Assembly (NCBI GenBank): GCA_959025735.1 | Contig: CAUFJQ010000001.1 | Location: forward strand, 1-52,333 | Direction of reading: 5' to 3' | DNA length: 52,333 bases | DNA from: an uncultured Streptococcus sp. | Lineage (GTDB): Bacteria > Bacillota > Bacilli > Lactobacillales > Streptococcaceae | Shown: positions 16,819 through 28,695 of the stretch, in pieces | Layout: every line of letters starts with the position of its first letter | Numbering within the stretch: the first letter of the stretch is position 1 | The notes under the pieces: model-generated | Database searches by the model: none | What the model was told of the DNA's origin: nothing | What the model saw: only the letters and a program-made list of their open reading frames with translations | Position numbers and translations under genes: made by a program

Positions 16819-16947
16819 ATGAAACATAAAACACTTTATAAATTTATCGGGCAGACGGTCTTGTATTTCGCCATTTTCCTAGCCCTACTTTATTTCTTTA
16901 GTTACCTTGGTCAAGGTCAGGGTGGCTTTATCTACAACGAATTTTAG
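16819..16947 (+). CDS. dltX: DltX small membrane protein (42 aa; absent from the ORF track)
   Basis: Manual translation MKHKTLYKFIGQTVLYFAIFLALLYFFSYLGQGQGGFIYNEF*; FIYNEF tail; directly upstream of dltA. Confidence 0.93.
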   Translation: MKHKTLYKFIGQTVLYFAIFLALLYFFSYLGQGQGGFIYNEF

Positions 16948-16965
16948 AAAAGGAGACTCCTAGCC

Positions 16966-18516
16966 GTGTCAAACCAACCAATTACTGATATGATCGAGAC
17001 AATTGAACGTTATGCGCAACTACAACCAGACTATCCTGTCTACAATGTCCTTGGTGAGGAGCATACCTATGGCCAATTGAAGGCTGATTCAGATAGCTTG
17101 GCTGCCCACATCGACCAAATGGGACTTCCTGAAAAGTCACCTGTAGTGGTCTTTGGTGGTCAAGAATATGAAATGTTAGCAACCTTTGTGGCCTTGACAA
17201 AATCTGGCCATGCCTATATCCCAATTGATAGCCACTCTGCCTTGGAGCGCGTGTCTGCCATTGTTGAAGTAGCAGAGCCAAGCTTGATTATTGCCATCAA
17301 TGAATTTCCATTGGAAAACCCAGCTGCTCCAATCATGTCCTTGGAGCAAGTGCGTGAAGCTTATGCGGCTCAGCATGCCTATGACTTGAAACATCCGGTC
17401 AAAGGGGATGATAACTACTACATCATCTTTACCTCAGGGACAACTGGGAAGCCAAAAGGGGTGCAAATTTCGCACGATAACTTGCTCAGCTTTACCAACT
17501 GGATGATTACGGACAAGGAATTTGCAACGCCAGAGCGTCCGCAAATGTTGGCACAACCGCCTTATTCCTTTGACTTGTCTGTCATGTACTGGGCACCGAC
17601 CTTGGCTCTTGGAGGAACGCTTTTTGCTCTTCCATCAGCTATCACTCAAGACTTCAAACAACTCTTTGCGACGATCTTTTCTCTTCCGATTGCTATCTGG
17701 ACTTCAACACCATCTTTCGCAGATATGGCCATGTTGTCTGAGGATTTCAATGCTGAAAAGATGCCAGGTATCACCCATTTCTATTTTGATGGGGAAGAGT
17801 TGACCGTTAAAACGGCTCAGAAATTGCGCGAGCGTTTCCCAAATGCGCGCATCATCAATGCCTACGGCCCAACTGAGGCAACTGTAGCTCTTTCAGCTGT
17901 AGCCGTAACAGATGAGATGTTAGCTACTTTGAAACGTCTGCCAATTGGTTACACCAAAGAAGATTCTCCAACCTTCATCATTGATGAGGCAGGAAACAAA
18001 TTGCCAAATGGTGAGCAAGGGGAGATCATCGTATCTGGCCCAGCCGTTTCAAAAGGTTATATGAATAATCCAGAGAAAACAGCAGAAGCTTTCTTCGAAT
18101 TTGAAGGTCTTCCAGCCTACCATACAGGAGATGTCGGAACCATGACGGATGAAGGCCTCCTTCTCTACGGTGGACGGATGGACTTCCAAATCAAGTTTAA
18201 CGGTTATCGTATCGAGCTAGAGGATGTCTCTCAAAACTTGAATAAATCGAAGTATATTGACTCAGCAGTCGCAGTACCGCGTTATAATAAAGATCACAAG
18301 GTACAAAATCTCTTGGCCTATGTCATCTTAAAAGAGGGTGTCAAAGAACAATTTGAGCGCGAAATTGATATCACGAAAGCCATTAAGGAAGATTTAGAAA
18401 ACATCATGATGTCTTATATGATGCCTTCAAAATTCCTCTATCGTGACAGCCTGCCATTAACACCAAACGGGAAAATCGACATCAAAGGGTTGATTAGCGA
18501 GGTTAACAATCGATGA
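16966..18516 (+). CDS. dltA: D-alanine--D-alanyl carrier protein ligase
   Basis: [32 protein letters not shown]. Confidence 0.97.
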   Translation: MSNQPITDMIETIERYAQLQPDYPVYNVLGEEHTYGQLKADSDSLAAHIDQMGLPEKSPVVVFGGQEYEMLATFVALTKSGHAYIPIDSHSALERVSAIVEVAEPSLIIAINEFPLENPAAPIMSLEQVREAYAAQHAYDLKHPVKGDDNYYIIFTSGTTGKPKGVQISHDNLLSFTNWMITDKEFATPERPQMLAQPPYSFDLSVMYWAPTLALGGTLFALPSAITQDFKQLFATIFSLPIAIWTSTPSFADMAMLSEDFNAEKMPGITHFYFDGEELTVKTAQKLRERFPNARIINAYGPTEATVALSAVAVTDEMLATLKRLPIGYTKEDSPTFIIDEAGNKLPNGEQGEIIVSGPAVSKGYMNNPEKTAEAFFEFEGLPAYHTGDVGTMTDEGLLLYGGRMDFQIKFNGYRIELEDVSQNLNKSKYIDSAVAVPRYNKDHKVQNLLAYVILKEGVKEQFEREIDITKAIKEDLENIMMSYMMPSKFLYRDSLPLTPNGKIDIKGLISEVNNR

Positions 18517-19766
18517 TCGAGTTTTTGAAACAGCTCCCTCATTTAGAACACTATGGAACACCGATCTATTTTATCTACCTCATTCTAGCCTTTTTACCGA
18601 TCTTTGTGGGTCTCTTTTTCAAAAAGAGATTTCCGGTATATGAAGGACTGGTGAGTCTGATCTTTATCATTTTGATGCTGACAGGTTCGAATCTCAAGCA
18701 AATTTATGCCTTACTCTTTTACGTAGTCTGGCAAATCTTGATTGTATATTCCTACAAGATCTATCGTCAGAAAGCGGACAACAAGTGGATTTTCTATCTT
18801 CATTCCTTCTTGTCTGTCTTGCCCCTGATCTTTGTTAAGGTAGAGCCAGCGATCAAGAACGGGCACCAATCCTTGTTTGGATTTTTAGGGATTTCGTATT
18901 TAACCTTCCGAGCTGTCGGAATGATCATCGAAATGCGAGATGGTGTCTTGAAAGAATTCACACTTTGGGAATTCTTACGCTTTATGCTCTTTATGCCGAC
19001 CTTCTCAAGTGGGCCGATTGATCGTTTCAAGCGTTTTAATGAGGATTATAAAGCCATTCCTGAGCGTGAAGAATTATTGGATATGTTGGAGCAAGCTGTT
19101 AAGTATATCATGTATGGCTTCCTTTATAAATTTATCCTAGCTCATATTTTTGGCCACTTATTGTTAGGCCATGTGCAGACCTATGCCTTGTCTCAAGGTG
19201 GATTCTTCAATATCGGAACGCTGGGAGTCATGTATGTTTATGGCTTTGACCTCTTCTTTGACTTTGCGGGCTATTCGATGTTTGCTTTAGCAGCTTCAAA
19301 TCTGATGGGAATTAAAAGTCCAATCAACTTTGATCGTCCCTTTAAATCACGTGACTTAAAGGAATTCTGGAATCGTTGGCATATGAGTTTATCTTTCTGG
19401 TTCCGTGATTTTGTCTTTATGCGTCTCGTGATGGTATTGATGCGCAATAAAGTGTTCAAGAGTCGGATTACCACCTCAAATGTTGCCTACATTATCAATA
19501 TGTTGGTCATGGGCTTCTGGCACGGGGTGACTTGGTACTACATCGCTTATGGGCTCTTCCATGGGCTTGGACTGGTTATCAATGATGCTTGGATTCGTAA
19601 GAAAAAGACCATCAATAAAGAAAGAAAAGCAAAAGGATTGGATCCTATACCGGACAATCGTTGGACCAAAGCTTTGGGGATCTTTATCACCTTTAACACA
19701 GTGATGCTGTCCTTCCTGATTTTCTCAGGATTCTTGGATCAACAATGGTTTCCAAAATTGAAATAA
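18513..19766 (+). CDS. dltB: MBOAT D-alanyl transfer protein
   Basis: [20 protein letters not shown]. Confidence 0.97.
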   Translation: MIEFLKQLPHLEHYGTPIYFIYLILAFLPIFVGLFFKKRFPVYEGLVSLIFIILMLTGSNLKQIYALLFYVVWQILIVYSYKIYRQKADNKWIFYLHSFLSVLPLIFVKVEPAIKNGHQSLFGFLGISYLTFRAVGMIIEMRDGVLKEFTLWEFLRFMLFMPTFSSGPIDRFKRFNEDYKAIPEREELLDMLEQAVKYIMYGFLYKFILAHIFGHLLLGHVQTYALSQGGFFNIGTLGVMYVYGFDLFFDFAGYSMFALAASNLMGIKSPINFDRPFKSRDLKEFWNRWHMSLSFWFRDFVFMRLVMVLMRNKVFKSRITTSNVAYIINMLVMGFWHGVTWYYIAYGLFHGLGLVINDAWIRKKKTINKERKAKGLDPIPDNRWTKALGIFITFNTVMLSFLIFSGFLDQQWFPKLK

Positions 19767-19781
19767 AAGGAGAATAGAAAA

Positions 19782-20021
19782 ATGGATGTAAAATCACAAG
19801 TAATTGAAATTATTGACGAATTGTTTATGGAAGATGTCTCAGACATGATGGATGAGGATCTCTTTGATGCGGGTGTCCTTGATAGTATGGGAACAGTCGA
19901 ATTGATTGTGGAATTGGAAAATCGCTTTGGCATCCGTGTTCCTGTATCTGAATTTGGACGCGATGATTGGAATACTGCTAACAAGATCGTAGAAGGTGTA
20001 ACGGAGCTTCAGAATGCTTAA
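19782..20021 (+). CDS. dltC: D-alanyl carrier protein
   Basis: [11 protein letters not shown] phosphopantetheine site, 79 aa. Confidence 0.97.
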   Translation: MDVKSQVIEIIDELFMEDVSDMMDEDLFDAGVLDSMGTVELIVELENRFGIRVPVSEFGRDDWNTANKIVEGVTELQNA

Positions 20022-21282
20022 GCGTTTGTGGCTGATTTTAGGGCCCGTATTTTGCGCGCTCCTCATGGTAACAGCTTTATTATTCTTTTATCCAATCAAT
20101 CATAAGCACAACTATACCGAAGAGAAAAAAGCTGCGGTTAGTCTGAATGCAGAAGGCTTCAAGAGTCGTACAAAGAAGCAAGAAGCACTTTCTGATCCAC
20201 AGCATCGATTTGTTCCTTATTTCGGCTCAAGTGAATGGTTGCGTTTTGATGTGGTGCATCCAGCAGTTTTGGCTGAAAAATATGACCGTAATTACAGACC
20301 CTACTTTTTAGGAGAACGTGGTGCGGCTTCTTTGAACCAGTATTTTGGAATGCAACAGATTTTGCCAGAACTTAAGGACAATACAGCTGTTTATGTGGTT
20401 TCTCCGCAATGGTTTACCAAGAAGGGCTATGATTCCTCTGCCTTTCAACAATTCTTTAATAGCGATCAGTTGAATAGCTTTATTGCCAATCACCAACAGG
20501 ATGCTGCATCCCAGTATGCCGCGAAACGCCTGTTGCAACAGTATCCAAATGTCGCCTTTCAAAGTGTTGTGACGAACATTTCTCAAGGAAAGAAAATTTC
20601 AAGATTTGATCAGTCTTTGAACCAGCTTGTTTCCCATCTTGTTCAGCGCGAAGATGCCTTATTTAGCAATCTCGCTACTCGTACAAACGGGAATTACGAT
20701 AAGAAGGTCAAAAAACGTCTACAAGATTTGCCAGATCAATTCTCATATGAGAAATTGGAGGAAATTGCAACGGCTGAAGCAAAAGTCAAAACCAATAACA
20801 ACGACCTTGGAATCAGCAATCATTTTTACAATACTCGTTTAAAAATGAAGTTGAAGAAACTAAAAGGTTTCCAAAAGAACGAATCCTATGTTCAATCTCC
20901 AGAGTACAATGACTTGCAGTTGGTTCTAGACCAGTTTGCTAAATCTCGGACCAATGTCATCTTTGTGATTCCTCCAGTCAATGCCAAATGGATGAAATAC
21001 ACAGGCTTGAGCCAAGAAAAGTATGAACAGGCTGTTCAAAAGATTCGTTACCAATTAGAAAGTCAAGGTTTCACTAATATTGCAGACTTTTCTAAAGATG
21101 GTGATCAGCCCTACTTTATGGAAGACACGATTCATATGGGATGGAATGGTTGGCTAGCCTTTGATAAAGCGGTCAATCCCTTTGTCACAAAGGCTGAAAA
21201 AGCACCAACTTACCATCTAAATGATCGCTTCTTCAGTAAAGATTGGGCCCAATATAAAGGAACACCAGACGAATTTAAATAA
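20014..21282 (+). CDS. dltD: D-alanyl-LTA biosynthesis protein DltD
   Basis: [20 protein letters not shown]. Confidence 0.97.
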   Translation: MLKRLWLILGPVFCALLMVTALLFFYPINHKHNYTEEKKAAVSLNAEGFKSRTKKQEALSDPQHRFVPYFGSSEWLRFDVVHPAVLAEKYDRNYRPYFLGERGAASLNQYFGMQQILPELKDNTAVYVVSPQWFTKKGYDSSAFQQFFNSDQLNSFIANHQQDAASQYAAKRLLQQYPNVAFQSVVTNISQGKKISRFDQSLNQLVSHLVQREDALFSNLATRTNGNYDKKVKKRLQDLPDQFSYEKLEEIATAEAKVKTNNNDLGISNHFYNTRLKMKLKKLKGFQKNESYVQSPEYNDLQLVLDQFAKSRTNVIFVIPPVNAKWMKYTGLSQEKYEQAVQKIRYQLESQGFTNIADFSKDGDQPYFMEDTIHMGWNGWLAFDKAVNPFVTKAEKAPTYHLNDRFFSKDWAQYKGTPDEFK

Positions 21283-21365
21283 TGCTTGATCAAAGGGGGC
21301 AGGATCGAATCCTGGCTCCTTGATTTGTGAGGAAAGGGACGGAAAGTCACAAGTAAGCAAGATAG

Positions 21366-21503
21366 TTATCCACAGGCTGTGGGAAACTTACTTGTAAATG
21401 GATGAAAACAGGTCCTGATGCTGATGAACCTTCCTCTTTTAAGGGGAAAATAGGTAAAAGTTATCCACATTTCTGTGGATAAGTGATGAAAAACAGTGGA
21501 TAA
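21366..21503. promoter_or_regulatory. Cluster of DnaA boxes away from dnaA
   Basis: TTATCCACA at 21366 and 21461; TGTGGATAA at 21474; AGTGGATAA at 21495 (1 mismatch); TGTGGGAAA at 21378 (2 mismatches). Confidence 0.8.
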
Positions 21504-21533
21504 GTCAGCTAGCATGTGAAAAGGAGAAGTAGT

Positions 21534-21761
21534 GTGAAAAAAATTTGGTTTTACGCAATTGTTCAGGGGATTGTTATCTTTTTTATTGTGGGTGGCATGA
21601 CCTACGCACTTAGGGGAGATTTCTTTTTCCGTTACTTATCCCCTATTTTTGGACTAGCAGCAGCTGTCTTGAGATTTGGGACAGCGACTTTAATGAAGGT
21701 GATAGCCCCCAATCTCTACGATGATCCCAAAAAGAAGGAAGAAGTTGGCCACGATAACTAA
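21534..21761 (+). CDS. Small hypothetical 2-TM membrane protein
   Basis: AAGGAG then GTG 21534; two hydrophobic segments and a charged tail. Confidence 0.65.
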   Translation: MKKIWFYAIVQGIVIFFIVGGMTYALRGDFFFRYLSPIFGLAAAVLRFGTATLMKVIAPNLYDDPKKKEEVGHDN

Positions 21762-21858
21762 AGAAGTTGGTAACTGAAAAAGTTGAGCTAAAGGCCACTT
21801 TCTGCTGGTCTTTATGGTAAAATAGAAGGAAGAATATTAGTTTGGAGATTAATTAGAA

Positions 21859-23613
21859 ATGAAACGTTCAATGTATGCTGGACGTGTTCGTGAAGAACAC
21901 ATTGGAACTCATATTACTTTGAAAGGATGGGTTAGCCGTCGTCGTGATTTGGGTGGTTTGATCTTTATTGATTTACGCGACCGCGAAGGAATCATGCAAT
22001 TGGTGATCAATCCAGAAACAGTTAGTGCAGAAGTGATGGCCACAGCTGAAAGCATCCGCAGTGAATATGTTGTAGAAGTGACAGGTCTTGTGGAAGCTCG
22101 TGAACAAGCGAATCCGAACTTGCCAACTGGAGCAGTAGAACTTAAGGTAGAGGCTATTACGGTTCTTAATACTGCCAAAACAACGCCATTTGAAATCAAA
22201 GACGGAATTGAAGCCAATGATGATACTCGTCTTCGTTACCGCTACTTAGACCTTCGTCGTCCTGAGATGTTGGAAAACCTCAAACTCCGTGCAAAAGTAA
22301 CTCATTCAATCCGCAATTATTTAGATGAATTAGAGTTTATTGATGTGGAAACACCGTTCCTTTCTAAGTCAACTCCAGAAGGAGCACGTGACTACTTGGT
22401 TCCTTCCCGTGTCAACAAAGGCCATTTCTATGCCCTTCCACAAAGTCCTCAGATTACAAAACAATTGTTGATGAATGCTGGATTTGACCGCTATTATCAA
22501 ATCGTGAAGTGTTTCCGAGATGAGGATTTACGGGGAGACCGTCAACCTGAATTTACACAGGTCGACTTGGAAACCTCTTTCTTGAGTGATCAAGAAATCC
22601 AAGATATCACAGAAGGCTTGATTGCACGTGTCATGAAAGAAACCAAGGGAATTGAGGTAACACTCCCATTCCCACGGATGAATTATGATGATGCCATGTC
22701 CTTGTATGGTTCAGATAAACCAGATACACGTTTTGAAATGTTGCTCCAAGACTTGACAGAGCTTGTCAAGGGTGTAGACTTCAAAGTCTTCTCAGAAGCT
22801 CCGGCAGTTAAGGCGATTGTCGTAAAAGGGGCAGCAGATCATTACTCTCGTAAAGACATCGATAAATTGACAGAAGTTGCGAAGCAATACGGTGCAAAAG
22901 GTCTTGCTTGGGTAAAATATGCTGAAGGTGCTTTGAACGGTCCTGTTGCGAAGTTCTTGACAGACTTGACAAGTGACTTGACAGCTGCTTTACAATTAGA
23001 AGACAAAGATCTAGTCCTCTTTGTAGCAGATACTCTTGAAGTAGCCAATGCAACGCTTGGTGCTTTGCGTGTTCGTCTTGCGAAAGAGCTTGACTTGATT
23101 GACAACAATCAATACAACTTCCTTTGGGTAGTGGATTGGCCAATGTTTGAGTGGTCTGAAGAAGAAGGCCGTTATATGTCTGCTCACCATCCATTTACAC
23201 TCCCACAAGCTGAAACAGAGCATGAATTGGAAGGCGATCTTTCAAAAGTTCGAGCGATTGCCTATGATATCGTCTTAAATGGCTATGAATTAGGTGGAGG
23301 AAGCCTACGGATTAATCATAAAGATTTACAAGAACGGATGTTTAAGGCGCTTGGATTTACAAAAGAAGCTGCTAATGAACAATTTGGTTTCTTGTTAGAA
23401 GCAATGGATTATGGTTTCCCACCACATGGAGGATTGGCGATTGGATTAGACCGCTTCGTGATGCTTCTTGCAGGGGAAGATAATATTCGGGAAGTCATTG
23501 CCTTTCCTAAGAATAACAAGGCGACAGATCCAATGACACAAGCTCCTTCTGTCGTTTCTGAAAAGCAATTGGATGAGTTAAATCTTCAAGTAGAAGTAGC
23601 AGAGCAAGAATAG
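21859..23613 (+). CDS. aspS: Aspartate--tRNA ligase
   Basis: [36 protein letters not shown]. Confidence 0.98.
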   Translation: MKRSMYAGRVREEHIGTHITLKGWVSRRRDLGGLIFIDLRDREGIMQLVINPETVSAEVMATAESIRSEYVVEVTGLVEAREQANPNLPTGAVELKVEAITVLNTAKTTPFEIKDGIEANDDTRLRYRYLDLRRPEMLENLKLRAKVTHSIRNYLDELEFIDVETPFLSKSTPEGARDYLVPSRVNKGHFYALPQSPQITKQLLMNAGFDRYYQIVKCFRDEDLRGDRQPEFTQVDLETSFLSDQEIQDITEGLIARVMKETKGIEVTLPFPRMNYDDAMSLYGSDKPDTRFEMLLQDLTELVKGVDFKVFSEAPAVKAIVVKGAADHYSRKDIDKLTEVAKQYGAKGLAWVKYAEGALNGPVAKFLTDLTSDLTAALQLEDKDLVLFVADTLEVANATLGALRVRLAKELDLIDNNQYNFLWVVDWPMFEWSEEEGRYMSAHHPFTLPQAETEHELEGDLSKVRAIAYDIVLNGYELGGGSLRINHKDLQERMFKALGFTKEAANEQFGFLLEAMDYGFPPHGGLAIGLDRFVMLLAGEDNIREVIAFPKNNKATDPMTQAPSVVSEKQLDELNLQVEVAEQE

Positions 23614-23682
23614 GACAAGAGAGAAAAGGGAAAGTCTAGGAATCAGTTGCTCTAAAATTTTCCTTTTCTTCTAATCGATGGA

Positions 23683-24630
23683 TTGAAAATGAAAAAAACT
23701 CGCTTTCATAAGCTATTTCGCTATCATGTGCGACGACTAGCTTATAACATTAAATTATTGCGCGTGCTGAAGAGCATCTCCCGTGAGAAATACGATGAAA
23801 AAGTGTCAGCTTCCTTGCTGTATGGTTTTCTATCAGCGATTGCCGTCAACTTCTTCTTTCAACCAGGACATGTATACTCCAGCGGTGCAACAGGGCTAGC
23901 TCAGATTTTATCTGTTCTGAGCCAACGCTTTATTGGCTTTACGATTCCCGTTTCCTTGACCTTTTATGCCATCAATATCCCTTTGATGATTGTGGCTTGG
24001 TATCAAATTGGCCATAAATTTACCATCTTTACCTTTATTACGGTTTCGATGAGTTCCCTCTTTATTCAGTTCGTGCCAGTGATTACGTTGACCAACGATC
24101 CGATCATGAATGCCCTATTTGGTGGGGTTGTCATGGGAACAGGGATTGGTTTTGCTCTTCGGAACAACATTTCCAGTGGGGGAACGGATATTGTCAGTTT
24201 GACGATTCGAAAACGGACAGGAAAGAATGTCGGCAGTATCTCCTTTTTGGTCAATGGGACCATTATGTTGATCGCTGGTCTGACCTTTGGTTGGAAGTAT
24301 GCTCTTTACTCTATGATTACCATCTTCGTATCGAGTCGAGTAACGGATGCTGTCTTTACCAAGCAAAAACGGATGCAGGCAATGATCGTAACGAGCCAGC
24401 CGGATGCCATTATTGAAAAGATTCATAAAAAATTGCATCGTGGAGCAACCATTATCCACAATGCAGAAGGAACCTATAACCATCAGGAAAAAGCGGTTCT
24501 GCTGACAGTTATTACGCGTGCAGAGTTTAATGAATTCAAATATATTATGAAAAAAGCTGATCCTCAGGCTTTTATCACCATTTCAGAAAACGTTCATATC
24601 ATTGGACGCTTTGTGGAAACAGAAGAATAA
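23683..24630 (+). CDS. YitT/DUF2179 family membrane protein (start may be ATG 23689)
   Basis: YSSGATGLAQ, SSGGTDI, C-terminal RGAT...DPQAFI domain. Confidence 0.88.
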   Translation: MKMKKTRFHKLFRYHVRRLAYNIKLLRVLKSISREKYDEKVSASLLYGFLSAIAVNFFFQPGHVYSSGATGLAQILSVLSQRFIGFTIPVSLTFYAINIPLMIVAWYQIGHKFTIFTFITVSMSSLFIQFVPVITLTNDPIMNALFGGVVMGTGIGFALRNNISSGGTDIVSLTIRKRTGKNVGSISFLVNGTIMLIAGLTFGWKYALYSMITIFVSSRVTDAVFTKQKRMQAMIVTSQPDAIIEKIHKKLHRGATIIHNAEGTYNHQEKAVLLTVITRAEFNEFKYIMKKADPQAFITISENVHIIGRFVETEE

Positions 24631-24635
24631 AAATA

Positions 24636-24660
24636 AAGGTCACCACATTGTGGTGACCTT
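24636..24660. terminator. Bidirectional terminator between yitT and pulA
   Basis: aaggtcaccac-att-gtggtgacctt, with A/T-rich flanks. Confidence 0.8.
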
Positions 24661-26735
24661 TATTTTGTTGATTCAGTTTCGTGGAGAAGGAGCCAACTAT
24701 GGGCAGGAATAGAAAGTTCCTTTCCTTTAGGAATAGGCGCTTGGAGGTTGGCATGAGGATAGGCAAATAACAGCTGGCTATCGCTCGGATGTTGATAGGT
24801 CTTTTCTTGATCACCGATATTGACGAGAATCGTTATTTTTTCACGATCTTTCTCAATCGTGTAGATCAAATGATGATCAGACAACCATTTGACATCACAG
24901 TAGTCGCGAATCTCTTGCCCTTTTTTCAAACGAAGGAGTGGCTGTGATTTCCGATAAGCAATCAATTCTTCAAGAAAAGCAATTTCTTCTTGGCATTTTG
25001 AAAGGGATGTCCAGTCCAATTGGTTGAGACTATCTGGCAAGTTATAGGTGTTGTCTTCGAGCCCTTTTGTGCGGTAAAATTCTTGACCAGCATGGATAAA
25101 AGGTACACCTTGGGATAATAATACCAAATGAAGAGCGAGGCGTGAGAGAGCTTTTCGCTCCTCTAGACGAATCTCTTCTTTTTCAAGTTGGAAATAATCA
25201 AAAACAGTTGCATTGTCATGGCATTCGACGTACTGAATGGCTTGTTGAGGTTGGATGAAATGAGCAGGTCCTACTTTCCCGACATTTGCTGTTAGGATAT
25301 TAGAAAAATCATTGGCTGGATGTTGACTATCACGACGGTGATCGGCTAAGAGTGTTCTCTTGACCGTATCCCGGAAATTATCACTGAAAAAGCCAAAATC
25401 TGGTAATCGTTTTGAGTTGTACTGGTGAGCGAGCTGGTCTTCAGAGAGGCCTGTATCCATCTTCCACCCTTCGCCATAGAGATAGACTTTAGGATAGATT
25501 TCACGGAGCTCCTCTGCAATCTCTGTCATGGTTTGAATGTCTAAGATTCCCATCAAGTCAAAGCGAAAACCATCAAAGCCGTAGAGGGAAACCCATTGCT
25601 TGAGGGATTGCTTGATATAGTGTCTTACCATGGAACGTTCACTTGCGACATCATTCCCACAGAAGGTTCCATTAGTCCTCTCTCCTTCTATATTATAGCG
25701 GTAGAAATAACCGGGTACGATTTGTTCAAATGCATACTCATCGGCCTGGTAGACGTGATTGTAGACCACATCCATGATAACACTAAGATTAGATTGGTGA
25801 TAGGTTGCAATAGCATCTTGAAGCTCACAAATCCGTGCATAAGGATCGTTGGGGTCACTAGCATAACTACCTTCTGGAACATTGTATTGGACAGGATCAT
25901 AACCCCAGTTGTAGACTTTCCATTGATTCTCTTCATCAACACTACCGAAATCGTAAACTGGAAGTAACTGTACATGGGTAATGCCCAGTTTTTGAAGGTA
26001 ATTAAATCCAAGGATCTGGCCATTTAGTTGGGGCGATTCTGTCAAGCCTTTGAACTTACCAGGGTGTTTAAAGCCAGCTTCTTTTTGGACAGAGAAATCA
26101 CGAACACTCATCTCGTAAATGATCGCTTCTGTTGGATCTAATTGACGAGTGGCACGCCTGATAGGACGTGTGATCTTCTTCCGGTCGATGACCAAGCTAT
26201 CTCCAGAATTCGCTAAAGAGGATAGAGCATAAGGATCGTGAATCCGACGTTCTAGGCCATTGACACGAAACTCATAGTGGTAGGCAGCTCCTTCCCAATC
26301 CCCTTTGAGCACGAGTTCCCAGACACCGTTTTCTGTACGATTCATCGGATAGACCTGATCTTCGATATGAAGGGTCACATTTTGCGAAATCGGTGCCCAG
26401 AATTTAAATTGTGTCTGACTTGGTGTGTAGAAACTTCCTAGATCCTCTCCACTATAGGTGAAGGTTTGATCAAAAATGGGTTTGCGAACAATTTGACGAT
26501 AGTGGAGAATAGAAGAATTTCCAGCAGCATCGTAGATGGTGTACTCTTCTCCCAGTTCAAGCGGAATCGGGCTTAAGAAATAGTCTCCTGTATCAGTCGC
26601 TCCACTTGACGTTTTGACAGGGATTAAGGCAAGACGACCTTGGTTTGTTTCCAAATAAAAAGGAAGGATATGCTCCTCTCCTTTTTGGATACGAATCAGG
26701 TCTTGGTCATCTAAATAAGCAGTAAATGTAGACAT
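24660..26735 (-). CDS. pulA: Type I pullulanase (GH13), no signal peptide
   Basis: YNWGYDP, DVVYNH, GFRFDLMG, YGEGW, YVECHD. Confidence 0.93.
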   Translation of the reverse strand: MSTFTAYLDDQDLIRIQKGEEHILPFYLETNQGRLALIPVKTSSGATDTGDYFLSPIPLELGEEYTIYDAAGNSSILHYRQIVRKPIFDQTFTYSGEDLGSFYTPSQTQFKFWAPISQNVTLHIEDQVYPMNRTENGVWELVLKGDWEGAAYHYEFRVNGLERRIHDPYALSSLANSGDSLVIDRKKITRPIRRATRQLDPTEAIIYEMSVRDFSVQKEAGFKHPGKFKGLTESPQLNGQILGFNYLQKLGITHVQLLPVYDFGSVDEENQWKVYNWGYDPVQYNVPEGSYASDPNDPYARICELQDAIATYHQSNLSVIMDVVYNHVYQADEYAFEQIVPGYFYRYNIEGERTNGTFCGNDVASERSMVRHYIKQSLKQWVSLYGFDGFRFDLMGILDIQTMTEIAEELREIYPKVYLYGEGWKMDTGLSEDQLAHQYNSKRLPDFGFFSDNFRDTVKRTLLADHRRDSQHPANDFSNILTANVGKVGPAHFIQPQQAIQYVECHDNATVFDYFQLEKEEIRLEERKALSRLALHLVLLSQGVPFIHAGQEFYRTKGLEDNTYNLPDSLNQLDWTSLSKCQEEIAFLEELIAYRKSQPLLRLKKGQEIRDYCDVKWLSDHHLIYTIEKDREKITILVNIGDQEKTYQHPSDSQLLFAYPHANLQAPIPKGKELSIPAHSWLLLHETESTK

Positions 26736-26743
26736 AAAGACTC

Positions 26744-27727
26744 CTAAAGTTTCGTAATGGTATGGTCAATCAATTGACGGTAGCAAACGGTTTTTCCTTC
26801 TTTGTGATCCTTGATAATTTGTAGAATTGTCCGAACAGACTCACGTCCGAGTTCCACTGCATTGATGTCAATATAGGCTTCAATATCGAGTCGTGGCTTA
26901 ATCGAATCAAAGGAAATAATCGGGATTGTCAGCTGGTGTTCTAATAGGTATTGGCGCACCCCTTCAGCAACGAGAATATCGGTTGTCATGATGGCATCTA
27001 ACTCTGCTAGGGGAAGGCTCTCCATCATTTGATAAGAATTGTCTTCCAACATAAAACCAAATGAGAAATGAACCAGTTTTTCATCGAGAGGAATCCCTGC
27101 TTTTTGGAGGGCTTCTTTATAACCTTCGTAGCGGTCTTGAGATACGAACAGTTCTTTGTTTCCCCCGATAAAAGCAATTTTTCGGTAGTTTTGTTGAATG
27201 AAATAATCCGTCGCATCAAATGCAGCCTTGATATTATCATTATCCACTAGCGATACAAAAGGTGAAGCTGCCTTTCCGAGAATGAGGAAGGGGAACTTGT
27301 CTTTGATCGCAAATTCAACGAGGGGATCATTCGGGTTGGAATAAAGGAAAATCAAACCATCTACACGATTTCCGTAGATGAGTTGTTTGAGGTTGTCGAG
27401 CCGCCGTTCTTCATTTTGCCCCGTACAGATTTGGATGGCATAATCATTGTCTGACGCGATCTGGGTAATCCCTCTTAAAACAGTTGGGAAGAAAGGATTC
27501 TGGTAGAAGACGTCACTGTCGATTGGTAGGACCAAAGCAATGACTTGACTAGATTGGCTGACAAGGCTGCGAGCATTAAGATTGGGATGGTAGTCCAATT
27601 CGACCATGGCCTCACGGACACGTTTTTTTGTTTCATCACTAATCGTGGATTTGTTTTGGATGACGCGCGTGACAGTTGAAGGCGCGACGCCAGCGAGTTT
27701 CGCCACATCTTTGATGGTAACACGCAT
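26744..27727 (-). CDS. malR: LacI-family maltose repressor
   Basis: TIKDVAKLAGVAPSTVTR helix-turn-helix; within the mal locus. Confidence 0.92.
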   Translation of the reverse strand: MRVTIKDVAKLAGVAPSTVTRVIQNKSTISDETKKRVREAMVELDYHPNLNARSLVSQSSQVIALVLPIDSDVFYQNPFFPTVLRGITQIASDNDYAIQICTGQNEERRLDNLKQLIYGNRVDGLIFLYSNPNDPLVEFAIKDKFPFLILGKAASPFVSLVDNDNIKAAFDATDYFIQQNYRKIAFIGGNKELFVSQDRYEGYKEALQKAGIPLDEKLVHFSFGFMLEDNSYQMMESLPLAELDAIMTTDILVAEGVRQYLLEHQLTIPIISFDSIKPRLDIEAYIDINAVELGRESVRTILQIIKDHKEGKTVCYRQLIDHTITKL

Positions 27728-27738
27728 GAGAAAACCTC

Positions 27739-28551
27739 CTAGCGGTGATAGTCTGGATCACGGAAGTGGGTCTTATAAAATACCATAGCAAGATAGAGTA
27801 CAAATAAGACATTTTGGATCATGATCGTCGTAGTAAATACTTGATGGAATAGTAAACTGATGAAGACACTCAGTAAAATAGGGAGTCCCAAGCAATTCAG
27901 AATACAATTGAAACATTCCTTGAAAGTTTGTAGTGAAAAGAGTCGAGATTTTCGTGTCAAGTAGAGGAAGAAAGATGCCCCTACGATGAGAATCAAATAA
28001 TTGACTGTCGATAAGAAGCCAGAGAAAATCACGAGAAAGAGACTGACAGGGAGTCGATTGTCGCGAAACCAATCGCTAGAGATAGCTTGAGTGAAGCTTT
28101 TTTTATCCCGAAGGCTCTCTTGATTAATAGCCTGGTATGAGACTGTAGCGAGTTCTTTATTCTCTTTTGAGATAATCAATTGTTTGCGATCAAAATGGAG
28201 TGTTAACTCCTTGCCTTCACTAGCCTTTGCCTCTTGGCCTAAGATAACCTGTCCTTTTGAAGTCTTGTGTACAGGGTTAGTCCCTGTATAGGTGAGCTCT
28301 TGGTCTTTGATCACGACGTGTTCTTGGATATCTTTCATAACGTCTGTTGATAAAGGATCAAACACATCGCTGACAAAGGTTGTCAAAGGATAGGTTTTGA
28401 GTTGAGCATTTTGCAGAGCCACAGGTAATAGTGTGATAGAGATTAGAAAGAAAGAAGTAAAAATCATTTGGAACCAGCTCAGTTTTTTGCGGTTTGCAAA
28501 AGAAGAGCGGAAATTGAAGATACTTGCGAAATAATTAAAAGGATAGGGCAT
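27739..28551 (-). CDS. malA: Maltodextrin utilisation protein MalA (membrane)
   Basis: MPYPFNYF start, TM segments, position between malD and malR. Confidence 0.85.
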   Translation of the reverse strand: MPYPFNYFASIFNFRSSFANRKKLSWFQMIFTSFFLISITLLPVALQNAQLKTYPLTTFVSDVFDPLSTDVMKDIQEHVVIKDQELTYTGTNPVHKTSKGQVILGQEAKASEGKELTLHFDRKQLIISKENKELATVSYQAINQESLRDKKSFTQAISSDWFRDNRLPVSLFLVIFSGFLSTVNYLILIVGASFFLYLTRKSRLFSLQTFKECFNCILNCLGLPILLSVFISLLFHQVFTTTIMIQNVLFVLYLAMVFYKTHFRDPDYHR

Positions 28552-28695
28552 AAGATGACCTTTCTAAATATAAGAGTATCAGAAATGCAAAGAGAAATCT
28601 CTTTGCATTGATTTTATTCTTAACGAAGGGTAGTAAAGCATCCACCATACTACCCTCAACTTAAAAATAAAATGTGCTTGAAATAAGATTCTATT

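Noticed and set aside
21366..21503. Possible oriC
   Set aside because: No adjacent dnaA/dnaN and no obvious unwinding element; kept only as a non-origin DnaA-box cluster
21739..21790. Short tandem near-repeats (taactaaagaagttgg / taactgaaaaagttga)
   Set aside because: Only 2-3 degenerate units with no spacers; not CRISPR, probably local slippage
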